NCBI RefSeq assembly: GCF_006345805.1
Contig: NC_042998.1
Coordinates: 177,940,001 to 178,004,000 of the forward strand
Direction: 5' to 3'
Length of the DNA stretch: 64,000 nucleotides
Source of the DNA: Octopus sinensis
Lineage: Eukaryota
A program made the position numbers and the translations under genes. The notes below the pieces were generated by a model. The model was not told the origin of the DNA, searched no databases, and saw nothing but the letters and a program-made list of their open reading frames with translations. This document shows, one piece after another, positions 62,735-64,000 of the stretch. Numbering within the stretch: the stretch's first letter is position 1; each line of letters starts with the position of its first letter.

Positions 62735-63900
62735 GACGATATCTGGCAAACTTGTTTTGTCATATTAAAGGGTATGTTTCTTTTTTATGTGAATGATGAG
62801 AAGAATAAAAATTCAAGTATTGCTCTGTGTCTCTGGGTTTATAGAAAAGCTGTTTTAATAGTCATCTTAATAAGAAGTATGTTAAAAAATGGTAGATCCT
62901 TCGTGTGTCATTCTATAGTAAATTTAACGAGACATGTAGATTATTTAAAAGTGAATGAAAGATTTCTAAGTCTTTTTAAATTTTTGCCCCTAAATATGAA
63001 GCAGTCCTCTAAATATCGTTTTCAGTTGTTCTTTATGTAAATGAGGAATTGTTAGTTAAACATTTCTGGTAGTTGAGAGTAGAGTTTGTCCTCTAAGAAA
63101 CCCATTACGAGTTGTGTGTAAGTAGGGGCTACTTTTGTCGTCATATCCATTCATATTATTTGCAATTAAAAAGTTATTGTCGAAGAAGAAGTGTTTGTTT
63201 TAAAGTATTAATTTCAATCCTTCTAAAATAAAATTATTTCAGAATCTTTCCTTGATGTGGTTTGGGCATTTTGTCAACTCTAAGACCGCGTGGAATGTTG
63301 ATGTATATACTAGTTGAAAAAAACACCAAAGAAAACATATACTAGTTACATCAAAATTAGCAAGAATTTCTCCTGATGTACTTCCAAGCATGTAATTTAT
63401 AAAGGCTATATCACTCCAGACAAAACTTGGCCCCGTTTTGCATGAAATGTTTTAAAAATTATATCAATTAGATTGCTTAGGCGTTGTATATTCGATGTTG
63501 GTCCTGCAATGATTGGACGTAGTTTCAAGTCTTTAGGTTTTGGAATTTCGATATATGCTGCATTTTTTTCCTTTTATGTTGTCTTGAATTTTTTTCAATT
63601 TATGGATTTTAGGTAGTTCATAAAAGTTACTGATCTTTACTTCGAAGATGATTAAATAATTGACCTCATTTTCTCTTAGGATATTTAGATGTTTTGAGAC
63701 GAGTCTGTTTACTTGGTTCATGGTATTTTCATCTTCGTTTTTATTTAGCTTATTGTAGAAGTGTTGGTCATTAAGTTGTTCCAAAACCATGTCTCTGATG
63801 ATTACACTGGTCAACACACGTTTTGCTGACTTCGGTTTTGTGATTGTTTTTAGTTAATTTTGAGATGCTGATTTCAAATATGGCATCCATTTTTTCTAAC
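62735..63900 (-). mobile_element. Penelope-like element reverse-transcriptase fragment (decayed)
   Basis: FYELPKIHK, DLKLRPIIAGP, LANFDVTS, KVAPTY..LVMGFLE, KRYLEDCF, LLNNLH...KFT, KPT...QYLNF.S.H, NIPFN. Confidence 0.88.
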
Positions 63901-64000
63901 ATATCAGATTTTCATTCTATAGCACACCCCTATTTTATAATGTACTGTATAAATAATTTACTTGGTCAGGATAGTTTACTAAGTCTTATAGCTTAAAACC

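Overview
AT-rich, microsatellite-dense eukaryotic DNA. The repeat landscape (tRNA-derived SINEs, Tx1/CR1/RTE/RLE LINEs, mariners, Penelope-like elements) looks like an octopus or other cephalopod genome; this is an inference from repeat content only. No intact host gene was found, and nearly all listed ORFs are microsatellite artefacts or transposon fragments. Main content: a near-complete CR1-group LINE (5.6-9.95 kb), a near full-length Tx1-like L1 element (18-22 kb, minus), a full-length mariner (26.6-27.9 kb), maT, hAT and Chapaev3-like DNA transposon relics, three SINE families, several MITEs and foldbacks, and three Penelope-like (PLE) coding fragments. Two signals are missed by the ORF track. 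(1) About a dozen type-I hammerhead-ribozyme motifs in at least five short repeat families, mostly in or beside microsatellites and twice arranged as back-to-back inverted pairs. They include apparent natural core variants: a compensatory C3G/G8C swap and a family-wide A6U. (2) A decayed, unprocessed copy of CDK8 coding exon 1 with its splice donor, lying next to a PLE reverse-transcriptase fragment. All calls come from manual reading and translation, and most element boundaries are approximate.
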